Program-made: the position numbers and the translations under genes
The notes under the pieces: model-generated
What the model saw: only the letters and a program-made list of their open reading frames with translations
Told to the model about the DNA's origin: nothing
Database searches by the model: none
From: Alphaproteobacteria bacterium
Lineage (GTDB): Bacteria; Pseudomonadota; Alphaproteobacteria; Paracaedibacterales; CAITNM01
Reading direction: 5' to 3'
NCBI GenBank assembly: GCA_947478955.1
Contig: CANJXJ010000002.1
Coordinates: 1,926-65,925 of the forward strand
Length of the DNA stretch: 64,000 bases
Shown: piece after piece, positions 26,741 to 34,848 of the stretch
How the letters are laid out: every line of letters starts with the position of its first letter
Numbering within the stretch: position 1 is the stretch's first letter

Positions 26741-27820
26741 CTATTTTTTAACTTTAAACAATTCTCCAGCAATTGTTGGTGCGCTCACACCAGTTGTTGT
26801 TGGAAAACTAGAAGGGAGGCCTTTAAAAAAGCGTGCTGCTAGATACCCCATTAGTTGCGCTTCTATGGCATCAGGGTCATAACCAATTTCAAAGGCACCT
26901 ATCAAATTTTTAAATTGCTGCTGTAATCCATTCATAAGGGTTGGGTTGTGACAACCACCACCGCAGACAACTAATTGGTAAGGTTGTTCTGGTAATATCT
27001 CGATCCCTTTCATAATAGTTTCAACCGTAAGTTGAGTAAGGGTTGCGGCGCCATCTTCTAAAGATAGTGGTGTGCAATCATCCAACACTTGATGAAAAGC
27101 CATGCGGTCTAAGGATTTAGGGAAGGGTTGGTCAAAAAATGGGAGGTGTAACCACTGAGTTAACAGCTGTTGGTTAATGCTTCCCTTGGCTGCATATTCC
27201 CCGTTAGTATCTTGGGGGGCACCTGTGTGCTTTGCAACCCAATCATCTATCAAAACATTTCCAGGTCCAGTGTCCCCTGCAATAAGGCTTTGATTAGAAC
27301 CTATAAATGTTATATTTGCAATGCCGCCGATGTTTAAAAATGCTATTGGTTTCTCAAGTTTTGATGCTAACGCCAAATGGTAAATAGGTACTAAGGGGGC
27401 GCCTTGACCGCCGTTTTTTACATCATTCTGCCTGAACTGACCAACCACTTGAATACCTGTTAAGTTTTCTAGGTGTTGGCAATCGCCTAGTTGAACCGTT
27501 AACTGGTTGGCAGGATCATGCCAAACTGATTGTCCGTGGAAGCCTATGGCATCAATGGTTAGCTGATTTTTGAGGATGAATTCTTTTATATGATAAGCGT
27601 GAAAAGTTGCAATGGTTTTTGATAGTTCGTCATCCATATAATGAACGGGCGCTTTCAAGCTTACGCGTTCTCGTAATGTGTTACGGTAACTTGGTTCAAA
27701 GGGAATAGTTTCAGATGGACCAAGCGTTAATGTATCAGCGCCATTGGTTTCAATGTATGCTAAATCTAGCCCATCACATGAAGTGCCAGTCATACAACCA
27801 ATGACGCGATATGTATTCAT
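26741..27820 (-). CDS. anmK: Anhydro-N-acetylmuramic acid kinase
   Basis: Motifs are GCMTGTSCDGLDLA, GFHGQSVWH, NIGGIANIT, DTGPGNVLID and GGGCHNPTLM. Confidence 0.92.
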   Translation of the reverse strand: MNTYRVIGCMTGTSCDGLDLAYIETNGADTLTLGPSETIPFEPSYRNTLRERVSLKAPVHYMDDELSKTIATFHAYHIKEFILKNQLTIDAIGFHGQSVWHDPANQLTVQLGDCQHLENLTGIQVVGQFRQNDVKNGGQGAPLVPIYHLALASKLEKPIAFLNIGGIANITFIGSNQSLIAGDTGPGNVLIDDWVAKHTGAPQDTNGEYAAKGSINQQLLTQWLHLPFFDQPFPKSLDRMAFHQVLDDCTPLSLEDGAATLTQLTVETIMKGIEILPEQPYQLVVCGGGCHNPTLMNGLQQQFKNLIGAFEIGYDPDAIEAQLMGYLAARFFKGLPSSFPTTTGVSAPTIAGELFKVKK

Positions 27821-27885
27821 TTTTTAAAGTAGCTACCACCAATTTTTGTAATCATAAATAAAAAAACTGGTGGTGGGTATTAGTT

Positions 27886-28620
27886 TTATCTTTTCTTTTT
27901 ACCACTAAAGCAAGGGAAGCACCCACAGCCGACTGTAAAGTCCTCAATTTCCTTAAATCCTGCAGAAATTTGATCAGCAACAACCGCAGAGCTAGTGTAT
28001 GAGGTATTTAATATGCCTGCAAACCATCGAACAAATGGGTCCTTTGGACTCGCAAGCATTTCAACGATACCGCGTTGAATATCAGCAGATAGGTGAGGTA
28101 AACCAGCTTCATCTGGTATTTTATCAAATAATAGAGGAAAGCCTTCTAAAATGGTGCCTCTTACAAATGTTTGACATCCCTCTAAAGTTGCTAGCGTGCT
28201 TAGGTCACTTTTAGCAATGTTAAAGCTACCTAAAACTTTTCCAAAGGCACCGTATACAGCATTCTCATTATTGAAGTACTTCCCGAACTCACCAAATTTA
28301 CCTGGATTTTTGCGTGCTCCTTCGGCAATGCCTTCAAATGTAAGGTATGCAATGTCTATGAGTTCTAACTTTCCACCACCAAATTTTTCGTTAAAAAGAA
28401 ATACGCCGATTTTTTTTGCGGTATCAAGGGGGTCACTAAAGTTAAGTATGCATTGTTTAAAGGGCATTACAGCGGGAGGTGCTGCATCTATAATATCTTC
28501 ACCTAGAGTGATCGCGCTTAATTCCGTTGCTGCAGTAGCGGAAAATACATTAGAGACGCATAAGAAAGCAAATACCAAAGCACTGGCCTTTGTTAAAAAT
28601 TTATTCATTTTTTTCTCCAT
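27886..28620 (-). CDS. Hypothetical exported protein with a Cys-rich polybasic C-terminus
   Basis: The leader is KFLTKASALVFAFLCVSNVFSATA. I recognised no domain. The protein ends ...FTVGCGCFPCFSGKKKR. Confidence 0.6.
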   Translation of the reverse strand: MEKKMNKFLTKASALVFAFLCVSNVFSATAATELSAITLGEDIIDAAPPAVMPFKQCILNFSDPLDTAKKIGVFLFNEKFGGGKLELIDIAYLTFEGIAEGARKNPGKFGEFGKYFNNENAVYGAFGKVLGSFNIAKSDLSTLATLEGCQTFVRGTILEGFPLLFDKIPDEAGLPHLSADIQRGIVEMLASPKDPFVRWFAGILNTSYTSSAVVADQISAGFKEIEDFTVGCGCFPCFSGKKKR

Positions 28621-28764
28621 GAAATAAGGTTTTAGAAAAATTGATCAACGCTGATCCAAGGAGAAGTATATTTGTTACATATTAATATTTCGTAAATAAG
28701 AAATAATTAATCACATTAATCTTTATTAAAGATATATTATTGCTAAGGGTGGCCCCAATATGTT

Positions 28765-29075
28765 GTCATGGCGAGCGAAGCGTGGCCATCCAATGTATGG
28801 TATCAATATTGTATGATAAGACTGGATTGCCGCGGGCTTGCAGCCTTCGCAATGACGGCTTTCTTTCTGGCATTCTCTCTCATCCTATTTTTACTCTTTG
28901 TCATTCCCGTGAAAACAGGAATCCATAATGATACGTTCCACTGGATCCCCGCTTTCGCGGGGATGAGGCTAAAGAGGCGCAGTTTTGCTCAATCAGAATT
29001 CTGCATGCACCTGTCCTCAACAGTCATAGTCTTTCTCCGGTCAAGCCGGAGGAAAACTATGGGAACAATGGAGGA
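28765..29075. repeat. Cluster of three short palindromic (REP/MITE-like) elements in a 627-bp intergenic region
   Basis: Element 1 (28765-28856) has arms GTCATGGCGAGCGAAGCGTGGCCATCCA / CTGGATTGCCGCGGGCTTGCAGCCTTCGCAATGAC. Element 2 (28900-28967) has arms GTCATTCCCGTGAAAACAGGAATCCA / TGGATCCCCGCTTTCGCGGGGATGAG. Element 3 (29014-29075) is a long imperfect hairpin centred on CTCCGG-tcaag-CCGGAG. Confidence 0.7.
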
Positions 29076-29178
29076 TATAGCGTAAAAAATAGATCCCTAA
29101 GCCAAAAGCTAGGAGTATCCAACCATGACCGACAAGAGAGGGGGGGCGGAGAGGGGGATAATACCCAATTTGTATTAA

Positions 29179-29199
29179 CCCCGCGAACATGTCGCGGGG
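29179..29199 (-). terminator. GC-rich hairpin about 50 nt downstream of ftsZ, possibly a terminator
   Basis: The hairpin is CCCCGCGA-acatg-TCGCGGGG. On the ftsZ strand it is followed by TTAATACAAATT, which is A/T-rich but not a clean U-tract. Confidence 0.35.
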
Positions 29200-29247
29200 G
29201 TGCGAGAGAATTTTTAAGCGTTTATAATGAATAAATACTAATTAAGT

Positions 29248-30723
29248 TTATCCACCGCGGCGCAAGAATGCCGGGATATCAATAAGATCATCCTTTTTTT
29301 CTGGCGTTTGGGGTTGTCCAAAATTTGTTTCAATCATTGGCCCTGTTTGAGAAGATTTACGGCTCACACCGGTAAAACGTTCAAAAAGACTGGGGCTTCG
29401 TTTCTTTTCTTGGGGATGATGATCAGCCGCCTGTGTAGGGTCATTATATCCCTTGGCTGGGTTGTCAATTGGGGTCAATTGTTCTGGTAAATTTTCATAA
29501 TCTTCTTGGGCATCATAACCTTCAAATGGCTCATCTGTTTGTTGTTGATGGTGGGAAAGTGATGTTTCAAAGCTAGGTTCTGAAAATGCAGTGATTGGCG
29601 CTTGGGTAGGAGATTGGTTGAACCCAGAAAACGTTGAGAAGATATTGCCGCTAGTGACTGGTCTTGTTACGCCTAAGGTTTCATTTACAGATGGAGCAGG
29701 GGCTACTGTGGCGCGATTGTGTTGAGTTGCCATTGTTGGCACCAATCCTCCAATACCTGTTGCCACAACTGATACGCGCATTCTTCCATTGAGGCGTTCA
29801 TCAAAAGTGGAGCCAAAAATAATATTTGCTTCTGAATCAACGTCTTCACGAATACGATTTGCTGCTTCATCGACCTCATATAACGTCATGTCATAGCCAC
29901 CTGTGATGTTAATTAATACACCTCGGGCACCCTTCATGGAGACATCATCTAATAATGGGTTAGAAATTGCTGCTTCTGCTGCATCTAGGGCACGACGTTC
30001 ACCTTCAGCTTCTCCGGTACCCATCATTGCTTTACCCATCTCTGCCATGACTGCGCGAATGTCTGCAAAGTCAAGGTTGATAAGTCCAGGCATAATCATG
30101 AGATCAGTTACACCACGTACACCTGAATACAAAACATCGTCTGCCATTTTGAATGCATCAGCAAATGTTGTGCGCTCATTAGCTAAGCGGAAGAGGTTTT
30201 GGTTGGGGATAATAATAAGGGTGTCAACATACTGTTGTAGTTCATCAATTGCACCTTCGGCGGTGCGGGAACGGTGTGACCCTTCAAAATTAAATGGTCG
30301 GGTTACCACGCCAACAGTTAGTACGCCCATTTCACGAGCTGCGCGTGCGATAACAGGAGCGGCACCACTGCCGGTTCCTCCACCCATACCTGCTGTTATG
30401 AATAGCATGTTGCTACCCTTAATGATTTCGAGTACCTCTTCGATTGATTCTTCTGCCGAAGCTCTGCCTACGTCAGGCTTTGAGCCTGCACCAAGTCCTT
30501 GAGTAACATGAAGGCCAAGTTGAATACGTCTCTCTTTAGGGACAAGAGATTGGGTAAGTGCCTGTGCATCGGTATTTGCGATTAAAAATTCAACACCTTC
30601 AAGCTTTGCTCGAATCATATTGTTAACGGCATTTCCGCCAGCACCACCAACACCAATAACACTAATGCGAGGGCGAAGTTCTAATTCATCATGGACGAGG
30701 TTTGTTTTTGGCATGCTATTCAA
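29248..30723 (-). CDS. ftsZ: Cell division protein FtsZ
   Basis: Motifs are [13 protein letters not shown], the tubulin signature [10 protein letters not shown] and NLDFADI. There is a long P/Q/S-rich linker and a C-terminal peptide [14 protein letters not shown]. Confidence 0.97.
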   Translation of the reverse strand: MNSMPKTNLVHDELELRPRISVIGVGGAGGNAVNNMIRAKLEGVEFLIANTDAQALTQSLVPKERRIQLGLHVTQGLGAGSKPDVGRASAEESIEEVLEIIKGSNMLFITAGMGGGTGSGAAPVIARAAREMGVLTVGVVTRPFNFEGSHRSRTAEGAIDELQQYVDTLIIIPNQNLFRLANERTTFADAFKMADDVLYSGVRGVTDLMIMPGLINLDFADIRAVMAEMGKAMMGTGEAEGERRALDAAEAAISNPLLDDVSMKGARGVLINITGGYDMTLYEVDEAANRIREDVDSEANIIFGSTFDERLNGRMRVSVVATGIGGLVPTMATQHNRATVAPAPSVNETLGVTRPVTSGNIFSTFSGFNQSPTQAPITAFSEPSFETSLSHHQQQTDEPFEGYDAQEDYENLPEQLTPIDNPAKGYNDPTQAADHHPQEKKRSPSLFERFTGVSRKSSQTGPMIETNFGQPQTPEKKDDLIDIPAFLRRGG

Positions 30724-30851
30724 CTTTGCTTTTATCTACCAATTATTGTACCCCGTCTTGTAATTTCTACCAAGTGGGTTTTTTAAGTTTTCTTTATTTT
30801 TGTTCCTCACTGGTAAATATTATTGCCCAATACCGCCAGATTAAAGGCGAT

Positions 30852-31070
30852 TTATTGATTATGGCTTCCATCGCAATAGGGTGGATTTTTTGTTTGTTTG
30901 CATCCACACAAATATCGAGTTTGTGAAGTAGGCTCTGTAAAATGAAGGGATTTTTTCCCGATACCTTTGTGAGCGCCATCACAAAAAGGTTGATTGAGAC
31001 TTAATCCGCAAGTACACCAATAGTAAGTTTTTCCTGCTTCTAATTGTATTTCATAGGGGCTTTTTTTCAT
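30852..31070 (-). CDS. CDGSH iron-sulfur domain protein with two CDGSH motifs
   Basis: The two motifs are WCTCGLSLNQPFCDGAH and LCGCKQTKNPPYCDGSH. Confidence 0.88.
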   Translation of the reverse strand: MKKSPYEIQLEAGKTYYWCTCGLSLNQPFCDGAHKGIGKKSLHFTEPTSQTRYLCGCKQTKNPPYCDGSHNQ

Positions 31071-31144
31071 GGGGGTTGTAAACTATTTATTAACTACTTA
31101 AGCTATATACTATAGGTGCAACTTTAACGAAAGACTTTTAAAAT

Positions 31145-31321
31145 ATGAAATTAGCACAACTTTTTATGTTAGTAATGGTATTTTTGGCTGCATTTTTTGC
31201 CCCAATTAATGCAGACACATCTGCTGTGGCTCCTACTGCACCTGCTGCGGCTCCTGATGCTGATGCTGATGAAGAAGATGAAGAAGATGATGAGGAAGAA
31301 GACGAAGACGAGGACGAATAG
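31145..31321 (+). CDS. 58-aa exported polyanionic peptide (not in the ORF track)
   Basis: The ATG is at 31145. The translation is MKLAQLFMLVMVFLAAFFAPINA|DTSAVAPTAPAAAPDADADEEDEEDDEEEDEDEDE, ending in TAG. A rho-independent terminator follows about 37 nt downstream. Confidence 0.5.
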   Translation: MKLAQLFMLVMVFLAAFFAPINADTSAVAPTAPAAAPDADADEEDEEDDEEEDEDEDE

Positions 31322-31357
31322 TCGCATCTTTAATATCTAAAATACTTTAAGTCGCAC

Positions 31358-31394
31358 GCGAAACACCTAAGTAATTGGGTGGTTCGCTTTTTTT
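31358..31394 (+). terminator. Rho-independent terminator after the small acidic ORF
   Basis: The stem GCGAAACACC / GGTGGTTCGC has one mismatch and a 9-10 nt loop. It is followed by TTTTTTT. Confidence 0.6.
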
Positions 31395-31480
31395 ATGCGC
31401 CTTACAGGGGTTTTTTATCTTTTTATAAACCCTTTCTTAAGATTTTCCCATGTATAATGACGTTGAACATATAAAAAATA

Positions 31481-32206
31481 ATGTTGATGAGAATATTATG
31501 TATTTTATTGCTCAGTGGATTCGCGCTCTATGGTTCTGATTTGTATGACCAGGATAACAACGACGCGGATGAAGATACAGTAACCACTGGCGATAATAAA
31601 CCTGAAGCTGACGATGCTGTTGATTCTGCACCTAGTGACGAAGCAGATGCGGGTACCGAAGGTGCTAGCACGGATGGTAATGATGAAGGTGATGCTAGCG
31701 CGAGCGGGGATGATGATAGTGATGCTAATGCCAGTGGCGATGATGACAGCGATGCTAATGCCAGTGGCGATGATGACAGCGATGCAAGCACGAGTAACGA
31801 TAATGATGCTAGCGTAAAAGATACGATGGAAGGGGAGTTTGATAGTGTAAAGGATGCTACTGGTGGTCTGTTTGATAAGTTAGGTAAGGATGATGATAGC
31901 GACTCGAGTGACACAGAAAGTGGATCTTCAGGAGGCGATGATGGGTCAGATAGTAGTGAAGTTGATGATGCAAAGAACAAAGTTAAAGGCGTGGTAAAAA
32001 ACAAAATAGGTGACGCGAAAAATAAACTTGATGGTGCAAAGAACAAAGCTAAGGGCATGGTAAAAAACAAAATAGGTGATGTAAAAAGTAAACTCGACGG
32101 TGCAAAGAACAAAGCTAAAGGCATGGTAAAAAATAAAATAGGTGGTGCAAAAAATAAACTTTCTGGGTTGAAAAACAAATTGACTAAAAGAAAAAAGATG
32201 AAATAG
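31481..32206 (+). CDS. Hypothetical exported repeat protein with a D/S-rich acidic N-block and a K-rich C-block of 22-aa repeats
   Basis: The leader is MLMRILCILLLSGFALYGS. DANASGDDDS repeats are followed by three copies of DGAKNKAKGMVKNKIGDVKSKL and the tail LTKRKKMK. Confidence 0.6.
   Translation: MLMRILCILLLSGFALYGSDLYDQDNNDADEDTVTTGDNKPEADDAVDSAPSDEADAGTEGASTDGNDEGDASASGDDDSDANASGDDDSDANASGDDDSDASTSNDNDASVKDTMEGEFDSVKDATGGLFDKLGKDDDSDSSDTESGSSGGDDGSDSSEVDDAKNKVKGVVKNKIGDAKNKLDGAKNKAKGMVKNKIGDVKSKLDGAKNKAKGMVKNKIGGAKNKLSGLKNKLTKRKKMK
31691..31810 (+). repeat. 30-bp in-frame tandem repeat, about 4 copies (DA[NS]ASGDDDS)
   Basis: Units start at 31691, 31721, 31751 and 31781. Units 2 and 3 are identical (gatgctaatgccagtggcgatgatgacagc). 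Confidence 0.9.
31964..32203 (+). repeat. 66-bp in-frame tandem repeat, 3 copies plus a partial copy (22-aa K-rich unit)
   Basis: Units start at 31964, 32030 and 32096, and the remainder is degenerate. Confidence 0.9.
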
Positions 32207-32313
32207 ATGGAAAAAAGTGCGTTAGCTAATAAAATTGCCGATATTGTAAACATGTTTAGTTTATAGGTTGTTTAACTATTGTTTTTAAAGAAAGTACAAG
32301 AAGGTTGGGTTTT

Positions 32314-33093
32314 ATGAAAGTCATTTATTATTTTTTACTGGGGATCTTGCTTTACGGCAGCATTATCTACGCGTCAGATGACGATGATAGCTCAGGTGAT
32401 TTAAGCGTGAGTGATGACAATGCACCTTCAGACGATGCTGATGATATATCTCTAGAGGATTCTGGGGATACATCTTCAGACGATGCCGGGGATACTGAGG
32501 ATACATTCTCAGAGGATGCTGGGGATACATCTTCAGACGATGCCGGAGATACATCTTCAGATGATGCCGGGGATACATCTTCAGACGATGCTGGTGGTGA
32601 AGATGATGCAGGCGGCGGTGCTGGCGGTGATGAAGACGACGCAGCACAGAAAAAGGCTGATGCTGATGCCAAGAAGAAAGCAGCGGCAGATAAGAAGAAA
32701 AAAGCAGACGCGGCGAAGAAGAAAGCAGCAGCAGATAAGAAGAAAAAAGCAGACGCGGCGAAGAAGAAAGCAGCGGCAGATAAGAAGAAAAAAGCAGACG
32801 CAGCCAAGAAGAAGAAAGCAGCGGCAGATAAGAAGAAGAAAGCAGCGGCAGATAAGAAGAAAAAAGCAGACGCAGCCAAGAAGAAGAAAGCAGCGGCAGA
32901 TAAGAAGAAGAAAGCAGCAGCAGATAGGAAGAAGAAAGCAGCAGCAGATAGGAAGAAGAAAGCAGCAGCAGATAAGAAGAAGAAAGCAGCAGCAGCGAAG
33001 AAAAGTGCTGCGAAGAAAGGTGCAAAAGGAGCTGTGAAGAAAGGTGCAAAAGGAGCTGCAAAGAAGGGTGCCAAAAAAGCAATTAGACGTTAG
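32314..33093 (+). CDS. Hypothetical exported repeat protein with a GDTSSDDA-repeat acidic N-block and a K/A-rich basic C-block
   Basis: The ATG at 32314 lies after AGAAGG. The leader is MKVIYYFLLGILLYGSIIYAS. GDTSSDDA repeats are followed by AKKKAAADKKKKADA repeats and a KKGAKGAVKKGAKGAAKKGAKKAIRR tail. Confidence 0.6.
   Translation: MKVIYYFLLGILLYGSIIYASDDDDSSGDLSVSDDNAPSDDADDISLEDSGDTSSDDAGDTEDTFSEDAGDTSSDDAGDTSSDDAGDTSSDDAGGEDDAGGGAGGDEDDAAQKKADADAKKKAAADKKKKADAAKKKAAADKKKKADAAKKKAAADKKKKADAAKKKKAAADKKKKAAADKKKKADAAKKKKAAADKKKKAAADRKKKAAADRKKKAAADKKKKAAAAKKSAAKKGAKGAVKKGAKGAAKKGAKKAIRR
32464..32592 (+). repeat. 24-bp in-frame tandem repeat (GDTSSDDA), 4 copies plus one 33-bp variant
   Basis: Units are at 32464, 32521, 32545 and 32569. 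The variant is at 32488-32520. Confidence 0.9.
32668..32997 (+). repeat. Composite tandem repeats of about 45 bp encoding K/A/D-rich units
   Basis: The unit gccaagaagaaagcagcggcagataagaagaaaaaagcagacgcg recurs with small insertions and deletions. Confidence 0.85.
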
Positions 33094-33136
33094 AATTTGT
33101 TCTCAAAAATATCAACAATATAAAAAAGCCGTGTTT

Positions 33137-34324
33137 TTACTCGACCTTTTTATTGACGACCAATGTTACACAAGCATCAGACCAAATATTAATGGCGCTT
33201 TCTAGCATATCAAGCAGAGCGTAAAACGGTAAAATTACTCCCATCATGGTGATGGGGACGCCCATAGCTGTTAGCAGTGCACAACTTAAGAAGAAGCATC
33301 CCATGGGAACACCAGCGTTACCAATGGCTGCAATGCTTGCCATAAAAATCCATAAAATTCGTTCAAATGCTGAAAAATGTACTCCATAATTTTCAGCAAC
33401 AAATAATACGGTAATTAATATAAAAGCAGCGCATGCATTCATATTTATACTGGTGCACAATGGAAAGCTAAATTGGCTAATTTTGGTACTTACGCCGCAC
33501 CGGTGGCTGCATTGCATGGCAAGAGGCATGGCTGCTGCGGAAGATTTTGAAAAGAACGCCAACGATAACGCCGGAAACATCGTTTTAAAAGCTTGCATAG
33601 GTGGAATGCCATTTTTCTTAAGCATTAAAGGCAATGTAACGCAGGCTTGAATAAGATTAGCTGCAATGATAATGCCGAGATAAGAAGCGAGTTCTCCAAA
33701 CTTTAAGCCCTTTTGCACTTCTTGGGTAAATTCCACAATAAATGCCCAAACCGCAAAGGGCATAAGCGCTGTAATCCACCTAATAACCACCATGATGGCT
33801 GAAAAGAAGCAATCAAAAAGATTGTGCATAGATTCACGCTTTTCAGTGGGTAACTGCAATACGGCAAAACTTAAGAATATGGTAATGAACATAACGCCCA
33901 GGACGTTGTGTTCTAAAAAGGGTTGCAATAAATTGCTTGGGAAAATATTCATTAGGGCACTAAGGTATGATGCATCTTTGAGGCCTTCCATACTTTGAGT
34001 GGTGGTTATCTGCAGAGCGGCTTCCGGCTCAACAATAATATATAGTATCCAAGCGGTTATTGCGGATAATAGGGTGGTTATGACAGTGTAGCGAATGACA
34101 TGTTGACCGAGATTTTTTATTTCCGACCATTTTCCCATACCGGTTAGGGTTGCTAGTAAAGAAAAGCTGATGATTGGTAAGCTCACTAACTTTAGTAACC
34201 GCATAAAAATATCACTTAGGATCCGGGCAAATTCTAGTACAGCTGGTTGCTGCGTAACGCCAGCCAGTACACCGAGGGCTACCATTACCAATAAAAATTT
34301 AAAGGAACGGATAATTCTTACCAT
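33137..34324 (-). CDS. Dicarboxylate/amino acid:cation symporter (DAACS family, GltP/DctA-like)
   Basis: It is a multi-TM protein with SSAAAMPL and IAAIGNAGVPMG motifs characteristic of the family. Confidence 0.9.
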   Translation of the reverse strand: MVRIIRSFKFLLVMVALGVLAGVTQQPAVLEFARILSDIFMRLLKLVSLPIISFSLLATLTGMGKWSEIKNLGQHVIRYTVITTLLSAITAWILYIIVEPEAALQITTTQSMEGLKDASYLSALMNIFPSNLLQPFLEHNVLGVMFITIFLSFAVLQLPTEKRESMHNLFDCFFSAIMVVIRWITALMPFAVWAFIVEFTQEVQKGLKFGELASYLGIIIAANLIQACVTLPLMLKKNGIPPMQAFKTMFPALSLAFFSKSSAAAMPLAMQCSHRCGVSTKISQFSFPLCTSINMNACAAFILITVLFVAENYGVHFSAFERILWIFMASIAAIGNAGVPMGCFFLSCALLTAMGVPITMMGVILPFYALLDMLESAINIWSDACVTLVVNKKVE

Positions 34325-34443
34325 AAAGCTATGTATTTTATATAATCTAGGTATGTAATCTAGCTAATTAACGGGGGTTTGGCAAAGTCCATATTTTGAC
34401 CTAGACAAGGCCCCATATTTCGGGCTATAAACATCTTTGTGTT

Positions 34444-34519
34444 GCCCAGATAGCTCAGTTGGTAGAGCAAGGGATTGAAAATCCCTGTGTCGCTGGTTCG
34501 ATTCCGGCTCTGGGCACCA
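34444..34519 (+). tRNA. tRNA-Phe (anticodon GAA), with CCA encoded
   Basis: The sequence starts GCCCAGATAGCTCAGTTGGTAGAGC. The anticodon arm AGGGA-TTGAAAA-TCCCT gives GAA. The T arm is GCTGG-TTCGATT-CCGGC, the acceptor stem is TCTGGGC, and the 3' end is ACCA. Confidence 0.95.
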
Positions 34520-34626
34520 TTTTCTAATGATTCCCCAAAAAATTTAATATTCTATTAATTTTTCAGTTGAAATTTTTTAAAATCGTCCTATATATAGTTA
34601 TAGGGATTTGTGAATGGAGTTCGGGC

Positions 34627-34839
34627 ATGATGGTTTCAGGTGAAATAGGCAATCTACAAATGCAACTTCAAAAGCTGCACAAGCAACAAACAGATCTCGA
34701 TCACCAGCTAAATGACTCAGTCCGCAGTAAATCTGGCGTTTTGAATATGGACTTTTTTAGGATCAAAAAACAAAAAGCAGAAGTACGTGACCAAGTTGTT
34801 AAAATTCACGGAATGTTAAGACCGGATATTATTGCTTAA
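34627..34839 (+). CDS. Small coiled-coil protein, possibly DUF465/YdcH-like
   Basis: The translation is MMVSGEIGNLQMQLQKLHKQQTDLDHQL...FFRIKKQKAEVRDQVVKIHGMLRPDIIA, where the RIKKQK..D motif resembles DUF465. The track ORF begins at a TTG at 34567. Confidence 0.4.
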   Translation: MMVSGEIGNLQMQLQKLHKQQTDLDHQLNDSVRSKSGVLNMDFFRIKKQKAEVRDQVVKIHGMLRPDIIA

Positions 34840-34848
34840 TTTTGTTGC

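Noticed and set aside
29014-29075. The long imperfect hairpin containing CCGGTCAAGCCGGAGGAAAAC looked superficially like the SRP (4.5S) RNA domain IV region GGUCAGGUCCGGAAGGAAGC
   Set aside because: The apex is a plain CTCCGG/CCGGAG stem with a tcaag loop, not a GNRA tetraloop flanked by the conserved asymmetric loops. It also lies among other palindromic repeats. An Infernal search with the bacterial small SRP model would settle this.
28740-29085. ORF-track entries 28740-28928 and 28768-29085 in the ftsZ-downstream gap
   Set aside because: They are read straight through the arms of palindromic repeat elements, giving peptides such as VIPVKTGIH/WIPAFAGMR and LDCRGLAAFAMT. They have no RBS, so they are best explained as translated repeats rather than genes.
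29248-31070. ftsZ is not preceded by ftsQ-ftsA; a CDGSH gene lies upstream instead
   Set aside because: The observation is real, but dcw-cluster fragmentation is common in reduced or rearranged genomes. ftsA and ftsQ may simply lie elsewhere, and this cannot be evaluated from one window.
31528-33082. Long minus-strand ORFs (31528-32253, 32363-33082, 32367-33074) and the alternative plus-frame ORFs (31614-31817, 32483-33037) that overlap the repeat-protein genes
   Set aside because: These are by-products of codon-periodic repeats, because every frame stays open. Their translations are monotonous S/L/F/A or R/K/Q strings with no leader, no RBS and no start context. The chosen plus-strand frames have Sec leaders, an RBS (AGAAGG before 32314) and a terminator after the first gene.
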